Assembly (NCBI GenBank): GCA_022826865.1 | Contig: JAJDUC010000047.1 | Location: forward strand, 41,324-105,323 | Direction: 5' to 3' | DNA length: 64,000 nt | DNA from: Anaerolineae bacterium | GTDB taxonomy: Bacteria; Chloroflexota; Anaerolineae; Aggregatilineales; Phototrophicaceae | Part shown: piece by piece, positions 16,802 to 25,495 of the stretch | Layout: each line of letters opens with the position of its first letter | How positions within the stretch are numbered: position 1 is the first letter of the stretch | Translations under genes and position numbers: made by a program | Notes under the pieces: model-generated | What the model saw: the letters and a program-made list of their open reading frames with translations, nothing else | Told to the model about the DNA's origin: nothing | The model's database searches: none

Positions 16802-17623
16802 CTATTCCAAGCGCATGCCGCCGTCCACGGTGTAAGATTTTCCGGTTATAAAGCTCGATTGATCTGAAGCGAGAAAAGCGGCCATATTTGCGATATCGGC
16901 CGTTTCCGCCATTCGGCCGAGCGGGTTCTGCGCAATCGAAGCGTCGATCATCCGTTGCCGCTGCTCGGCCGGGTCGATGCCGGCGGGCGCCAGGGCGGCG
17001 GCCATATCATCGATGCGCTCGCTCGCGACCAAGCCCGGGCAGATGGCATTCACGGTAATTTGATGCGGCGCCAATTCCAGGGCCAGAGATTGGCTGAACC
17101 CGCGGATGGCGAACTTTGAAGCGCAGTAAGCGGCGTAACGCGGCACGCCCTGTTTGCCAGCGACGGAAGAGATATTGATGACGCGGCCGCCCTCGCCGCG
17201 TTCGAGCATGTGACGGGCGACAGCGCGGCTGCAAAGGAAGGTTCCCTTTACATTGACCCGTTGCACCAGATCAAAGGCGTCTTCCTCCAGGTCGACCACG
17301 GGCACGCGGTCGCGGCCGGCCGGGGCGCCGGCGTTGTTCACGAGGATATCGATCCGGCCGAATGTCTCAAGCGCCCGCTGGACCATTTCGTCAACCTGCC
17401 GGGCGTCGGCGATATCGCCGTAGAGCGCCAGTGCGCGGCGACCGAGCGCTTCAATTGCCGCGACGGTGTCAGCCAAACCGGAGCGCGGCGACGCCGCTTC
17501 ATGCAAGTCATTCACGGCCACATCGGCGCCATCTTGCGCCAGGCGCAGCGCGATCGCCCGGCCCAAGCCTTCCGCGCCGGCCGCTCCAGTCACTAGCGCT
17601 ACTTTGCCCTTCAAATCGTACAT
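16802..17623 (-). CDS. SDR oxidoreductase (FabG-like), tandem paralogue 1
   Basis: 273 aa. Motifs: VTGAAGAEGLG, NNAG, YCASK. It aligns end to end with the next gene. Confidence 0.85.
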   Translation of the reverse strand: MYDLKGKVALVTGAAGAEGLGRAIALRLAQDGADVAVNDLHEAASPRSGLADTVAAIEALGRRALALYGDIADARQVDEMVQRALETFGRIDILVNNAGAPAGRDRVPVVDLEEDAFDLVQRVNVKGTFLCSRAVARHMLERGEGGRVINISSVAGKQGVPRYAAYCASKFAIRGFSQSLALELAPHQITVNAICPGLVASERIDDMAAALAPAGIDPAEQRQRMIDASIAQNPLGRMAETADIANMAAFLASDQSSFITGKSYTVDGGMRLE

Positions 17624-17645
17624 ATCTGTTCCTTAATTGGCCTGC

Positions 17646-18467
17646 CTAATCCATGATGTGGCCGCCGTCAACGACGAGTGATTGTCCGGTGATGTAGCTG
17701 GCATAGTCGCTGGCGAGGAAGGCGGCGGCGTCGGCGATATCGCTGGTCTTGCCGACGCGTTTCAGCGAACTTTCGCGGATGGCGCGCTCGAAAATCTCTC
17801 TGCGGTAGACGCTCGTGGCGACATTGCTGGGATGCAGCGCATGAGCCAGGTCATCAACGCGCTCGCTTTCGGTAAGTCCGGGGCAGATGGCGTTTACAGT
17901 AATGTTGTCGGGGCCAAGCTCATGCGCCAGCGATTGGGTGAGGCCGCGAATGGCGAATTTCGAAGCGGCATAGGCAGCATAAAGCGCCACGCCGTGTTTG
18001 CCAATCACCGATGAGATATTGATGATGCGGCCGCCGTCGCCCTGCGCGAGCATCTGACGGGCAGCGGCGCGGCAACAAAGAAATGTGCCGCGCACATTCA
18101 CGCGCTGCACGAGGTCAAAATGCTCCTCTTTTAGATCCACCAAGGGGCCGCGATCTGGTCCTGAAGGCGCCGCGGCATTATTGACCATGATATCCAGACG
18201 CCCAAATTGGCTTAGCGCTTGGGCGAACATGCGCTCGACTTCAGCGCTGTCGGCTACATCGCCATAGACCGCCAGACAGCGCGCGCCCAAGCCTTCAATT
18301 TCAGAAAGGACTTCTTGCAAGCCCTGGCGTCTGCTCTCGGTGGGGCGCAGATCATTGACGGCGACGCTGGCGCCTTTCTCGGCGAGGCGCAGGGCAATGG
18401 CGCGGCCAATGCCTTTTCGCCCCGCCGCGCCCGTCACAAACGCTATTTTTCCTTCCAGTTCGTACAT
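17646..18467 (-). CDS. SDR oxidoreductase (FabG-like), tandem paralogue 2
   Basis: 273 aa. Motifs: VTGAAGRKGIG, NNAA, YAASK. It has the same length and shared blocks (FDLVQRVNV.GTFLC, INISSV, ASKFAIRG, ITVNAICPGL) as the 16802-17623 gene. Confidence 0.85.
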   Translation of the reverse strand: MYELEGKIAFVTGAAGRKGIGRAIALRLAEKGASVAVNDLRPTESRRQGLQEVLSEIEGLGARCLAVYGDVADSAEVERMFAQALSQFGRLDIMVNNAAAPSGPDRGPLVDLKEEHFDLVQRVNVRGTFLCCRAAARQMLAQGDGGRIINISSVIGKHGVALYAAYAASKFAIRGLTQSLAHELGPDNITVNAICPGLTESERVDDLAHALHPSNVATSVYRREIFERAIRESSLKRVGKTSDIADAAAFLASDYASYITGQSLVVDGGHIMD

Positions 18468-18497
18468 ATCGGTCTCCTATCGTTGTTGTAAGCATTG

Positions 18498-19334
18498 TCA
18501 GCGCAGGATTCTTTGGTCGCTTAGGTCTTTGCCGCCGATGGTCTTCATCAGGCTGGCGCCGCGGTATTCACGGATTTCCAGGTTGGCCAGGCCGTTGACA
18601 ATATTGTATTGCGTTGGCATATCTTCCCAGCGAGCCTGCTGAAATTGCAGGCGGCCGCTGCCGACCTTATGTTCGAGAATGCGGCGATTTGGTGTCTCGG
18701 CCGGCGTCAGAACCGCGCAGGCGACATCGGCCTGGCCCCAGTCGCCGCTGCGCGGCATGTATTTATAGTGCATGGCGCCGGCGCCGGGTTGGCTCTGCGT
18801 CATCGCTTCAAGCTCATCAGCCGATTGCTCGCGCAGGTCGTTCACGTATATGTCGAGGAATTTGAAGCCTAGCCAACTGGCGCTGACATGGTATTCGCCG
18901 CGCAAATAGCTGGGGCTGGGCAACTCGCAGTAGATCTTGGAGAAGCCAAGTTCTTCGCGGCCTGTGATAATGGGGTCGGTGAGATTCTCCCAGAGGACGA
19001 GCAGCAGATTGCCGCTGAGTCGATCTTCTTCGCCTTCGAAACGCGCCGGGAATGAAGCGCCGAGCGTATTGTAACCGCGCCCCGCCAGCCACTCGATCTC
19101 GGTCATATAGTTGGCGCTCACGGTCACGACTGGTTCGCCATCCAAAGCGAAGCCCGGCGGGAGCAGCGCTTCCAACTGCGCGGGATTGCCCAGAAAACTG
19201 ACGGAAAGTATCGTGCTGCGCGGCGTATCGCGGTTCTCGAACTTCTGTCCGTCGGGTCCGCGGCGGGGTCCAGCGCGCGGACCGAAATGGGTCGGCATCC
19301 GGTACATTTTGTCGGGATCAAATTGATATGGCAT
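18498..19334 (-). CDS. Acetoacetate-decarboxylase-family (ADC-like) protein
   Basis: 278 aa. The N-terminus MPYQFDPDKMYRMPTHFGP and the overall beta-rich composition resemble ADC-family proteins. This is recognition from memory only. Confidence 0.55.
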   Translation of the reverse strand: MPYQFDPDKMYRMPTHFGPRAGPRRGPDGQKFENRDTPRSTILSVSFLGNPAQLEALLPPGFALDGEPVVTVSANYMTEIEWLAGRGYNTLGASFPARFEGEEDRLSGNLLLVLWENLTDPIITGREELGFSKIYCELPSPSYLRGEYHVSASWLGFKFLDIYVNDLREQSADELEAMTQSQPGAGAMHYKYMPRSGDWGQADVACAVLTPAETPNRRILEHKVGSGRLQFQQARWEDMPTQYNIVNGLANLEIREYRGASLMKTIGGKDLSDQRILR

Positions 19335-19358
19335 TTGGGATTCCTCTCGGTTTAAGTT

Positions 19359-20420
19359 TCACTCCACCGTTTCGGGCCGTGACAGGCCCGCGGCCGCGGT
19401 GGCAATGGGCTTGGTAATTTGGATCAGAAGGTAACCAGCCAGACCCCAGAGCGCGGCGGCGAAGAGTTGAAAGAAATGGAGCAGGAAACCGGCCGCGGTC
19501 GCATCGGCTTCGAGCCAACCGGCAAAATGCGCGAGCCCAAAGCGCCAGGACAATTCGACCACGCCAAAACCGCTGACGTTCAGGGGGAAAGCCGACGCGA
19601 ACATGCCGACGCTGATGATAGCGACAATTGAAGAGAAATCTACCTCAATGCCGATGGCTAGCAGCAGAATATAGTTCGTGAGGAATGATGAGCTGTAGGT
19701 GAAGCAGGAGATGAATAGCGCGCTTAGAAAGAGCCGCGGCTGGCGGATGCGGTCCATTTCAAGGGCGAGTTGAAGCGCGCGCGCTTCAAGGCGGTTGGCA
19801 ATACTGCGTTCAGCCGCGCTGAAGCGGCGCAGAGGCGGCAGCAGGATGCGCGTCAGGCGCCTGATCAGGCTGCCGCCGAAATATAGACCCAGGACGCTAA
19901 CGAGAAAGACGGCGGCCACGAGAAGAAGGAGCGCGGCGCGCTCAGTAGCGAGCTGCTCGGCTGCCGTCAGTACGCCGGACGCGAAGACCATTGCGATGAT
20001 GAGGAGCTCCAGGACGCGCGCGCCAACAAGACTGCTGACGCCTTCTTCCATCGAATAATTCAATCGGGAGCGCAGCAGCACGATGTAGGACAGTTCGCCC
20101 AGCTTGAAAGGCAGGGCGCGGACCAGGAAATTGTGATACAGGGTGATAGGCACAAGAATGCGCCAGGGGGAATCGCTCTTGTCGAGCAGGATGCGGAAGC
20201 GCAGCGCCCGGAATAGATTCAAGGCCAGATAAGCGAGCAGAGCGAGCAGCCAACTCGACCAGGCGACTGTGCCAAGCAGATCGTCGAATTCGTCCCACTT
20301 GACTTCACCCGCCAGAATCACAAGCAGCACAACGGTGATGATAACGCTGAGAGCGCGGACAAGATAGCGGCGAAGGCGGCCGTCCTGCTTTGTATGTGTA
20401 TCAGGGCGGATATCGTCCAT
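19359..20420 (-). CDS. UPF0104 / lysylphosphatidylglycerol-synthase-TM-like (flippase-like) integral membrane protein
   Basis: 353 aa with about 8 TM helices. The N-terminal basic stretch followed by ..LLVILAGEVKWDEFDDLL.. is typical of this family. Confidence 0.6.
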   Translation of the reverse strand: MDDIRPDTHTKQDGRLRRYLVRALSVIITVVLLVILAGEVKWDEFDDLLGTVAWSSWLLALLAYLALNLFRALRFRILLDKSDSPWRILVPITLYHNFLVRALPFKLGELSYIVLLRSRLNYSMEEGVSSLVGARVLELLIIAMVFASGVLTAAEQLATERAALLLLVAAVFLVSVLGLYFGGSLIRRLTRILLPPLRRFSAAERSIANRLEARALQLALEMDRIRQPRLFLSALFISCFTYSSSFLTNYILLLAIGIEVDFSSIVAIISVGMFASAFPLNVSGFGVVELSWRFGLAHFAGWLEADATAAGFLLHFFQLFAAALWGLAGYLLIQITKPIATAAAGLSRPETVE

Positions 20421-20427
20421 CGCGTCG

Positions 20428-21417
20428 CTAGTCTTCCGCCGGATTCAGGTACCAATGTGAGAGATCGCGGTCGATCAAGGCGCTGAGAGCATCTATTTCG
20501 GGCTGCAATTCACTGCTTAGACGCTGGCGCAGTTCAAGCGTCAGGGGAGAGCGCCTTTCGTATTTGGTATAAGCGGCGATCACGCCTTCAACCGCTCGCG
20601 TCCGATAGGCATAAGGAACGAGCGAGTGAGTGGTGGCGAGATAGGTGAGGCGATCTTTCAGCAGCATCAGGGAAAAGCCGTTGTCAACGATCAATTCTTG
20701 CAGCCAGGCCAGGCGCACTTCCTTGTTCGGATTGCGGATATCGAAGGTGGTCCGGAAGCTGCTGTTCACGCCCAGGAATTCGAGCGCAGCGCGATAGACG
20801 GCGGCCGTATCCGCCCGGAAGTCATCGAAGATAATGACAAGGACATTGTCTTGGCCGAAGCGCTCAAAATAGCGCGGCAACTGTTCGCAGAAGCGCGTCA
20901 TCTTCCGGTATTGCAGGCCGGTGACACAGTGCGCGGCGCGGCGGATGCGCGCGCCATTCCGCCGCTCGGCCTCGGCCGCCAAGGCGCCCTCGAAGGTTTC
21001 AATTTGTTCGTTGCCGCTATAACGGAACTGTGACCACATCGAATACATCATATCGATCGGATTCCGCAACATGATGATGATTTTGGCCTGCGGGTCATAG
21101 TCGTGAATCTCAGCGGCGGCGCGCTCGCTAGCGAGATACCAGGGCGACGACTCGCCGATGCGCTTTTCGCCGCGCGCATCGCGGAAGATTTTGAGATATC
21201 GGGCCGGCTTGTTTCTAAATTGGCGGAAGCGCGACCCTTCCAGATCGGCGCCGAAAAAATGAGGCTCTTTGAAGTAGGGCATGAAGACATCGGTGTGGCG
21301 CTGCAAATACTCGTGGAGGGAGGTCGTGCCGCATTTTGGGGCGCCCACGATGAAGAAGTTTGGCTTTGGCCGATTCCCCAGGCCCGCGGCCCGAAACACA
21401 GTCTCAACTGCGGCCAT
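20428..21417 (-). CDS. PAPS-dependent sulfotransferase
   Basis: 329 aa. The 5'-PSB motif is FFIVGAPKCGTTSL and the 3'-PB-like motif is LRNPIDMMYS. Confidence 0.8.
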   Translation of the reverse strand: MAAVETVFRAAGLGNRPKPNFFIVGAPKCGTTSLHEYLQRHTDVFMPYFKEPHFFGADLEGSRFRQFRNKPARYLKIFRDARGEKRIGESSPWYLASERAAAEIHDYDPQAKIIIMLRNPIDMMYSMWSQFRYSGNEQIETFEGALAAEAERRNGARIRRAAHCVTGLQYRKMTRFCEQLPRYFERFGQDNVLVIIFDDFRADTAAVYRAALEFLGVNSSFRTTFDIRNPNKEVRLAWLQELIVDNGFSLMLLKDRLTYLATTHSLVPYAYRTRAVEGVIAAYTKYERRSPLTLELRQRLSSELQPEIDALSALIDRDLSHWYLNPAED

Positions 21418-21578
21418 TGATGTTTGCGCGACCCCTCGATATGCCTCGCTGGATTATAGTTCAAAACGATTGCGCGCGTAGTCCGCGGCGCCGGGATTGG
21501 CTCGGCTTGGTGACAGCCGGCGTTAATATTTGTTATGCTATAGCGTGGCAGTGGATGAGAGCAATGCCGGAGGGGCGC

Positions 21579-22406
21579 ATGTCGAAAAAGAAGCGGCGCG
21601 ACAAGAATAGACCCCAACGTCTCAATAAGAAATTCTACGAAAAAGAATTGGCGCGCCTGCAATTTGAGTTGGTGAAATGGCAATACTGGATCAAGCGCCA
21701 TGATATGCGAGTGATGATCACCTTTGACGGCCGGGACGCGGCCGGCAAGGGCGGCACCATCAAGCGCATCATGGCGCCGCTGCAGCCGCGCGATATCCGC
21801 CTGGTTGCGCTGGGCAAGCCATCCGATCGCGAATTGACGCAGTGGTATTTTCAGCGCTATGTGACGCATCTGCCGGCGGCCGGCGAGATTGTGCTATTCG
21901 ACCGCAGTTGGTATAACCGCGCGACGGTCGAACGGGTGATGGGCTTTTGCACCGACCGTCAGTATTGGGACTTCCTGCGCGATGCCCCGAATTTCGAGCG
22001 GCTGCTGATCCATGACGGGATCATTCTGCTCAAATACTGGCTGTCGGTGGATGATGATGAGCAGGAACGCCGCTTTCAGGAGCGGGCCTCCAACCCGTCG
22101 CGCCGCTGGAAGCTCAGCCCGATAGACATTGAAGGGCGCAACCGCTGGGTGGAGTACTCCAAGGCGAAAGACGCGATGATTGAGCATACGGATATTCCGG
22201 AATCGCGCTGGCGCCAGGTCAACTCCAACGACAAGCGGCGGCTGCGGCTGAACATCATTCGGGATATGCTGGGGGCGATACCTTATGAGAATGTGATCCC
22301 GGGGCCGATGGAATTGCCGGATGCGCCGCCGCAAGAGGAGTACAGCTCGCGGCCGCCGAGGGACTCGCATTACATCGTTGAGGACTTCTACGCGGGCATG
22401 TTATAG
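21579..22406 (+). CDS. ppk2: Polyphosphate kinase 2 (PPK2)
   Basis: The start is taken at the ATG at 21579 (MSKKKRR), preceded by GGAGGGG. The track ORF from 21360 overlaps the divergent sulfotransferase. Motifs: FDGRDAAGKGG, LFDRSWYNR. Confidence 0.85.
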   Translation: MSKKKRRDKNRPQRLNKKFYEKELARLQFELVKWQYWIKRHDMRVMITFDGRDAAGKGGTIKRIMAPLQPRDIRLVALGKPSDRELTQWYFQRYVTHLPAAGEIVLFDRSWYNRATVERVMGFCTDRQYWDFLRDAPNFERLLIHDGIILLKYWLSVDDDEQERRFQERASNPSRRWKLSPIDIEGRNRWVEYSKAKDAMIEHTDIPESRWRQVNSNDKRRLRLNIIRDMLGAIPYENVIPGPMELPDAPPQEEYSSRPPRDSHYIVEDFYAGML

Positions 22407-22454
22407 GGCTCGTCCTAAGTCCTTCTTCGTAAACGAGGGTGGGATTTGTCATCC

Positions 22455-23159
22455 TCACTTCTTGCCCGTGGCGAGCTTGCGGCGTGTCTCGCGGACGGCG
22501 ATGGCGGGGAGTCCCTCGGCCTGCGCTTCCAGGTATGCGGTGATGGCGCCGCGATGCTGCTTGACGCCCTTGCGCAGCAGCCAGGAGATCGCCTTGGTGA
22601 TGCGCTTGTCTTTTTCGCCTTTGAGGCAGTTGATCAGCGTCAGCGACAGATCCAGGATGCGCCGGTCAGGGGACTGGGTGATGGGGGCGGTCAACAGCAC
22701 GAGCGCGGCGCGGCGTTTATTGACGTTTTCGTCGGCTGCGAGCGACCGCAGCAGGGCGGACCAGCCTTCCCAATCGGCCAGCAGGTCGGCGGCGCTGAAG
22801 ACCGTCTGACAAGTGCTATCGACTTCGGCCCAGCCGTCCAGGCGGCCCAGCCAGGCGTCTAGCTGCGGCCGCGGCAGTTGGCGGCGGTAGCGCGGGTACT
22901 TGAGCAAGAGCGTCTGTGGGGCGCAGCGTTCTTCGTAAGAGTCGCCGTGATAGAGACTATCAATCAGCGCGAGCCAGTCGTCGTAGCTGAGGCCCTTCTG
23001 GGCGGCGCAGAAATCGAGCAGGATGCGGCGGCGCTGGTCGTTTTTCAAGCCGTGCCAGCGGCGGTTGCTGCCGAGCTGTTCAGGGCGCTGCGTGGTTTGA
23101 CCGCGGCCGGGTTCAGTCGCCTGGATTTGACGCAGAATCGCTTGGTGGTGGAGGTTCAC
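22455..23159 (-). CDS. AlkD-like HEAT-repeat DNA alkylation repair protein
   Basis: 234 aa, all-helical. The C-terminal block ..KRITKAISWLLRKGVKQH..ITAYL.. resembles the DNA_alkylation family. Confidence 0.55.
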   Translation of the reverse strand: MNLHHQAILRQIQATEPGRGQTTQRPEQLGSNRRWHGLKNDQRRRILLDFCAAQKGLSYDDWLALIDSLYHGDSYEERCAPQTLLLKYPRYRRQLPRPQLDAWLGRLDGWAEVDSTCQTVFSAADLLADWEGWSALLRSLAADENVNKRRAALVLLTAPITQSPDRRILDLSLTLINCLKGEKDKRITKAISWLLRKGVKQHRGAITAYLEAQAEGLPAIAVRETRRKLATGKK

Positions 23160-23265
23160 AGGTCAATGCAAGGGCAAGGGGGAGGGGCGAAGGCGAGCCA
23201 CCGGGTCGCGCAGGTCGCGCCGACACTGATCGCCGCTCGCCCGTACAGCGCAGACGATTATCGCC

Positions 23266-23505
23266 TTAGAGCAATTGCTTAAGCGGGATGTTGCGGCGCT
23301 TGAGGAATTCCATGAAGCCGATCTTGTCAATCGTTTTGATTTCCTTGGCCGTGATCTTGACGCGCACCCAACGGTCGAGTTCAGGCACATAGATGCGCTT
23401 GTTTTGCAGGTTCGGCTTGAATTGGCGCTTGACGGTGTTGAAGGCTTTGCTGCGCGATTGGCCGAAGAGCGGCTTGACGCCGGTGATTTTGCGTTTGCCG
23501 GGCAT
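23266..23505 (-). CDS. rpmB: 50S ribosomal protein L28
   Basis: 79 aa from MPGKRKITGVKP. The segment ..SRSKAFNTVKRQFKPNLQ..RVKITAKEIKTIDKIG.. parallels the L28 consensus (..SHALNATKRRFLPNL..). The track ORF is extended 32 codons upstream. Confidence 0.8.
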   Translation of the reverse strand: MPGKRKITGVKPLFGQSRSKAFNTVKRQFKPNLQNKRIYVPELDRWVRVKITAKEIKTIDKIGFMEFLKRRNIPLKQLL

Positions 23506-23626
23506 GGTTTTATTCCCGTCTTCCAATATGAGCGACGAATTATACACGATGCCTTGAGGATGTCGAGGGGGATTTGGTTTGACTGTCGAGGGCGAGACCA
23601 TTGCGCTTACGACCCAGCGCCGCCCT

Positions 23627-24259
23627 TCATGCGCTGCCCGTCATATATATCTTGAATATCCGCGTATCTTCGTCCGATGGGAATAGCAGCAACCTGCCAA
23701 TTCTCGCTAGAAACGCGTTTACCATTGAGATTGCCAGTCGCACCGGAGGCACGAGCAGTACATTGTTGTTGTCAATCTGTGGCGGACAGTCGAAGGAGTT
23801 ATCGAATCTAATCTTGCCCGGCTCTCTACCGAACAGATTGTGCCCAAAACCATTTCTGAGTAGATTGTACATGGCATTCGCGGAGTCGGCTTCGACGTCC
23901 GGAAACATTGCTTTCAGCCCGTCCTTATAACGATTCTCCGGATTCTTTGGCTGGGAGTTTTCCAGCCAGTACATCGTTTCTGGAGCCGGGTTTATGTCCA
24001 TTATGATGGCGAAGTTGTTGTCTTCTCTATCGTCATTGATTCTGTCGATGAGAGGGATTTCCCACCAACTGCTGAGGGTGTAAATGAAATAGCACAACAG
24101 ATCATGATCGCTGAGCTGATTGAGAACAGGATCGCCATGTACCGGAAAGTAGCGAACTCCCGCGGAATGTTGCGTGACGTCCAGCAGGCTAAGCGATACC
24201 GCTTGCCCTTGTAGCCATTCGTCTTCAAGGTCACTTTGTATGATGTAGTCCTGAGCCAT
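23627..24259 (-). CDS. Hypothetical protein with an RNxxxH (HEPN-like) motif
   Basis: 210 aa in an AT-richer segment. I recognised no family. It contains ..MYNLLRNGFGHNLF.., which fits the HEPN Rx4H motif. Its start is 1 nt after the stop of the small upstream gene. Confidence 0.5.
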   Translation of the reverse strand: MAQDYIIQSDLEDEWLQGQAVSLSLLDVTQHSAGVRYFPVHGDPVLNQLSDHDLLCYFIYTLSSWWEIPLIDRINDDREDNNFAIIMDINPAPETMYWLENSQPKNPENRYKDGLKAMFPDVEADSANAMYNLLRNGFGHNLFGREPGKIRFDNSFDCPPQIDNNNVLLVPPVRLAISMVNAFLARIGRLLLFPSDEDTRIFKIYMTGSA

Positions 24260-24260
24260 T

Positions 24261-24500
24261 TCAAGCGGCTTGTGCGGCGATCAAAGTTTGTATAGCTTGG
24301 TCGAATTGCTGAGGAACTTCCAGATTCTTGAGCATGGCGCTAACAGTATCGGTAGAGATGTCACGGTATTTGAAACGCATCTTGAGCTCGGGATACCGAG
24401 ATGAAGCAAAAAAATCGGAGGCGTGATGCAACCTGGTCCATGTCAGGACGAGATAATCGTCTTCAATTCCAAAATCGAAATTGTACGCCTCGGGGTTCAT
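24261..24500 (-). CDS. Small hypothetical protein, translationally coupled partner of the 210-aa protein
   Basis: 79 aa with the same AT-richer composition and an acidic N-terminal half. No recognisable motif. Confidence 0.45.
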   Translation of the reverse strand: MNPEAYNFDFGIEDDYLVLTWTRLHHASDFFASSRYPELKMRFKYRDISTDTVSAMLKNLEVPQQFDQAIQTLIAAQAA

Positions 24501-24620
24501 TGTTGTCGCTCCCTTCGCGGCCGTAGTTATAGACTATATTGCCTATGATAGCATGGCTTCAGCCGGAGAAGCGAGAGGTATTGATTCTCCCACAGCCCGC
24601 GATGCGGTATCATCAGCCGC

Positions 24621-25463
24621 ATGAACATTCGCCGCGTCCGCGCCAAGTCCATCCTCACGCCACAGAAGCGCGGCTTCCTCACCGCTGGCGAGCGGCCCTT
24701 CACGCACAGCCTCTCCTGGGCGACCGGCTGCCAGTTCGGGGCGCTATACTGTGGCGCCTTCTGTTACGCGCAAATGCTGCCCAATTGGCATTTCGGGTGG
24801 CGGGAGGGCGAGGCTTGGGGCGAGGCGCTGATCATCAAGCAGAACGCGCCGGAATTGCTGGCGGCGCAGCTAGCCCGCGCGCGTAATCGGCGGCAGATGC
24901 GCATCTTCATGAGCCCGGTCACCGACCCCTATCAGCCGATCGAGCGCAAGCTGCGGCTGACGCGGCGCTGCCTGGAGGTCTTCGCGCGTTATGCCGACCT
25001 AGACCTGCTGCTGATTCAAACGCGGGGCCCGGCTGTGGTCGACGACTTTGATCGGATCGCGGCGATACCTTATGCCTGGCTGGGCATGAGCATCGAGACC
25101 GACCGGCATGATCTGCCTTATGGGCCGAGCAAGTCGCATATTGAGCGGCGTTTCGCGGCTGTGGAGCGGGCCGTGGCGCGAGGGCTGAAGGCGCAGATTG
25201 CCGTTTCGCCCTGTCTGCCTTATTCGCCGAACTTCGCCGAGCGCTTGCTGGAGACGGGCGCCCAGCGCATCGTCATCGATACCTTCGCGATTGGCGATGG
25301 CAGCCGCGGCGCGCGCACGGGGGCGAGTCCCTTCGCCGCGCTGGCGGATTATGACTGGCGCGACGGTGCGCTCGCGGAGAGTTTGTACCATCAGTTGAGT
25401 GCGTATCACGACAGCGTCGCCTGGAGCGGGGCGGGATTCGCCGGGATTCCGGGGCGGGCTTGA
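24621..25463 (+). CDS. SPL/'DNA photolyase'-like radical-SAM-fold protein (COG1533-like) with atypical cysteine spacing
   Basis: 280 aa. The layout (..SPVTDPYQPIE..LLIQTRGP..SIETD..) resembles SplB-like radical SAM proteins. The Cys triad reads GCQFGALYCGAFCY (Cx6Cx3C), not Cx3Cx2C. Confidence 0.55.
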   Translation: MNIRRVRAKSILTPQKRGFLTAGERPFTHSLSWATGCQFGALYCGAFCYAQMLPNWHFGWREGEAWGEALIIKQNAPELLAAQLARARNRRQMRIFMSPVTDPYQPIERKLRLTRRCLEVFARYADLDLLLIQTRGPAVVDDFDRIAAIPYAWLGMSIETDRHDLPYGPSKSHIERRFAAVERAVARGLKAQIAVSPCLPYSPNFAERLLETGAQRIVIDTFAIGDGSRGARTGASPFAALADYDWRDGALAESLYHQLSAYHDSVAWSGAGFAGIPGRA

Positions 25464-25495
25464 GCGGGGCAGGGGAGCTAGGAGGTGTGGCTGTT

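Noticed and set aside
23266-23505. rpmB as a possible zinc-independent L28 paralogue under accessory or zinc regulation, because it lies next to the AT-rich cassette and lacks Cys residues
   Set aside because: I cannot tell from one window whether a second L28 gene exists. The absence of a CxxC pair is common in primary L28 proteins. No Zur-box-like palindrome was seen upstream.
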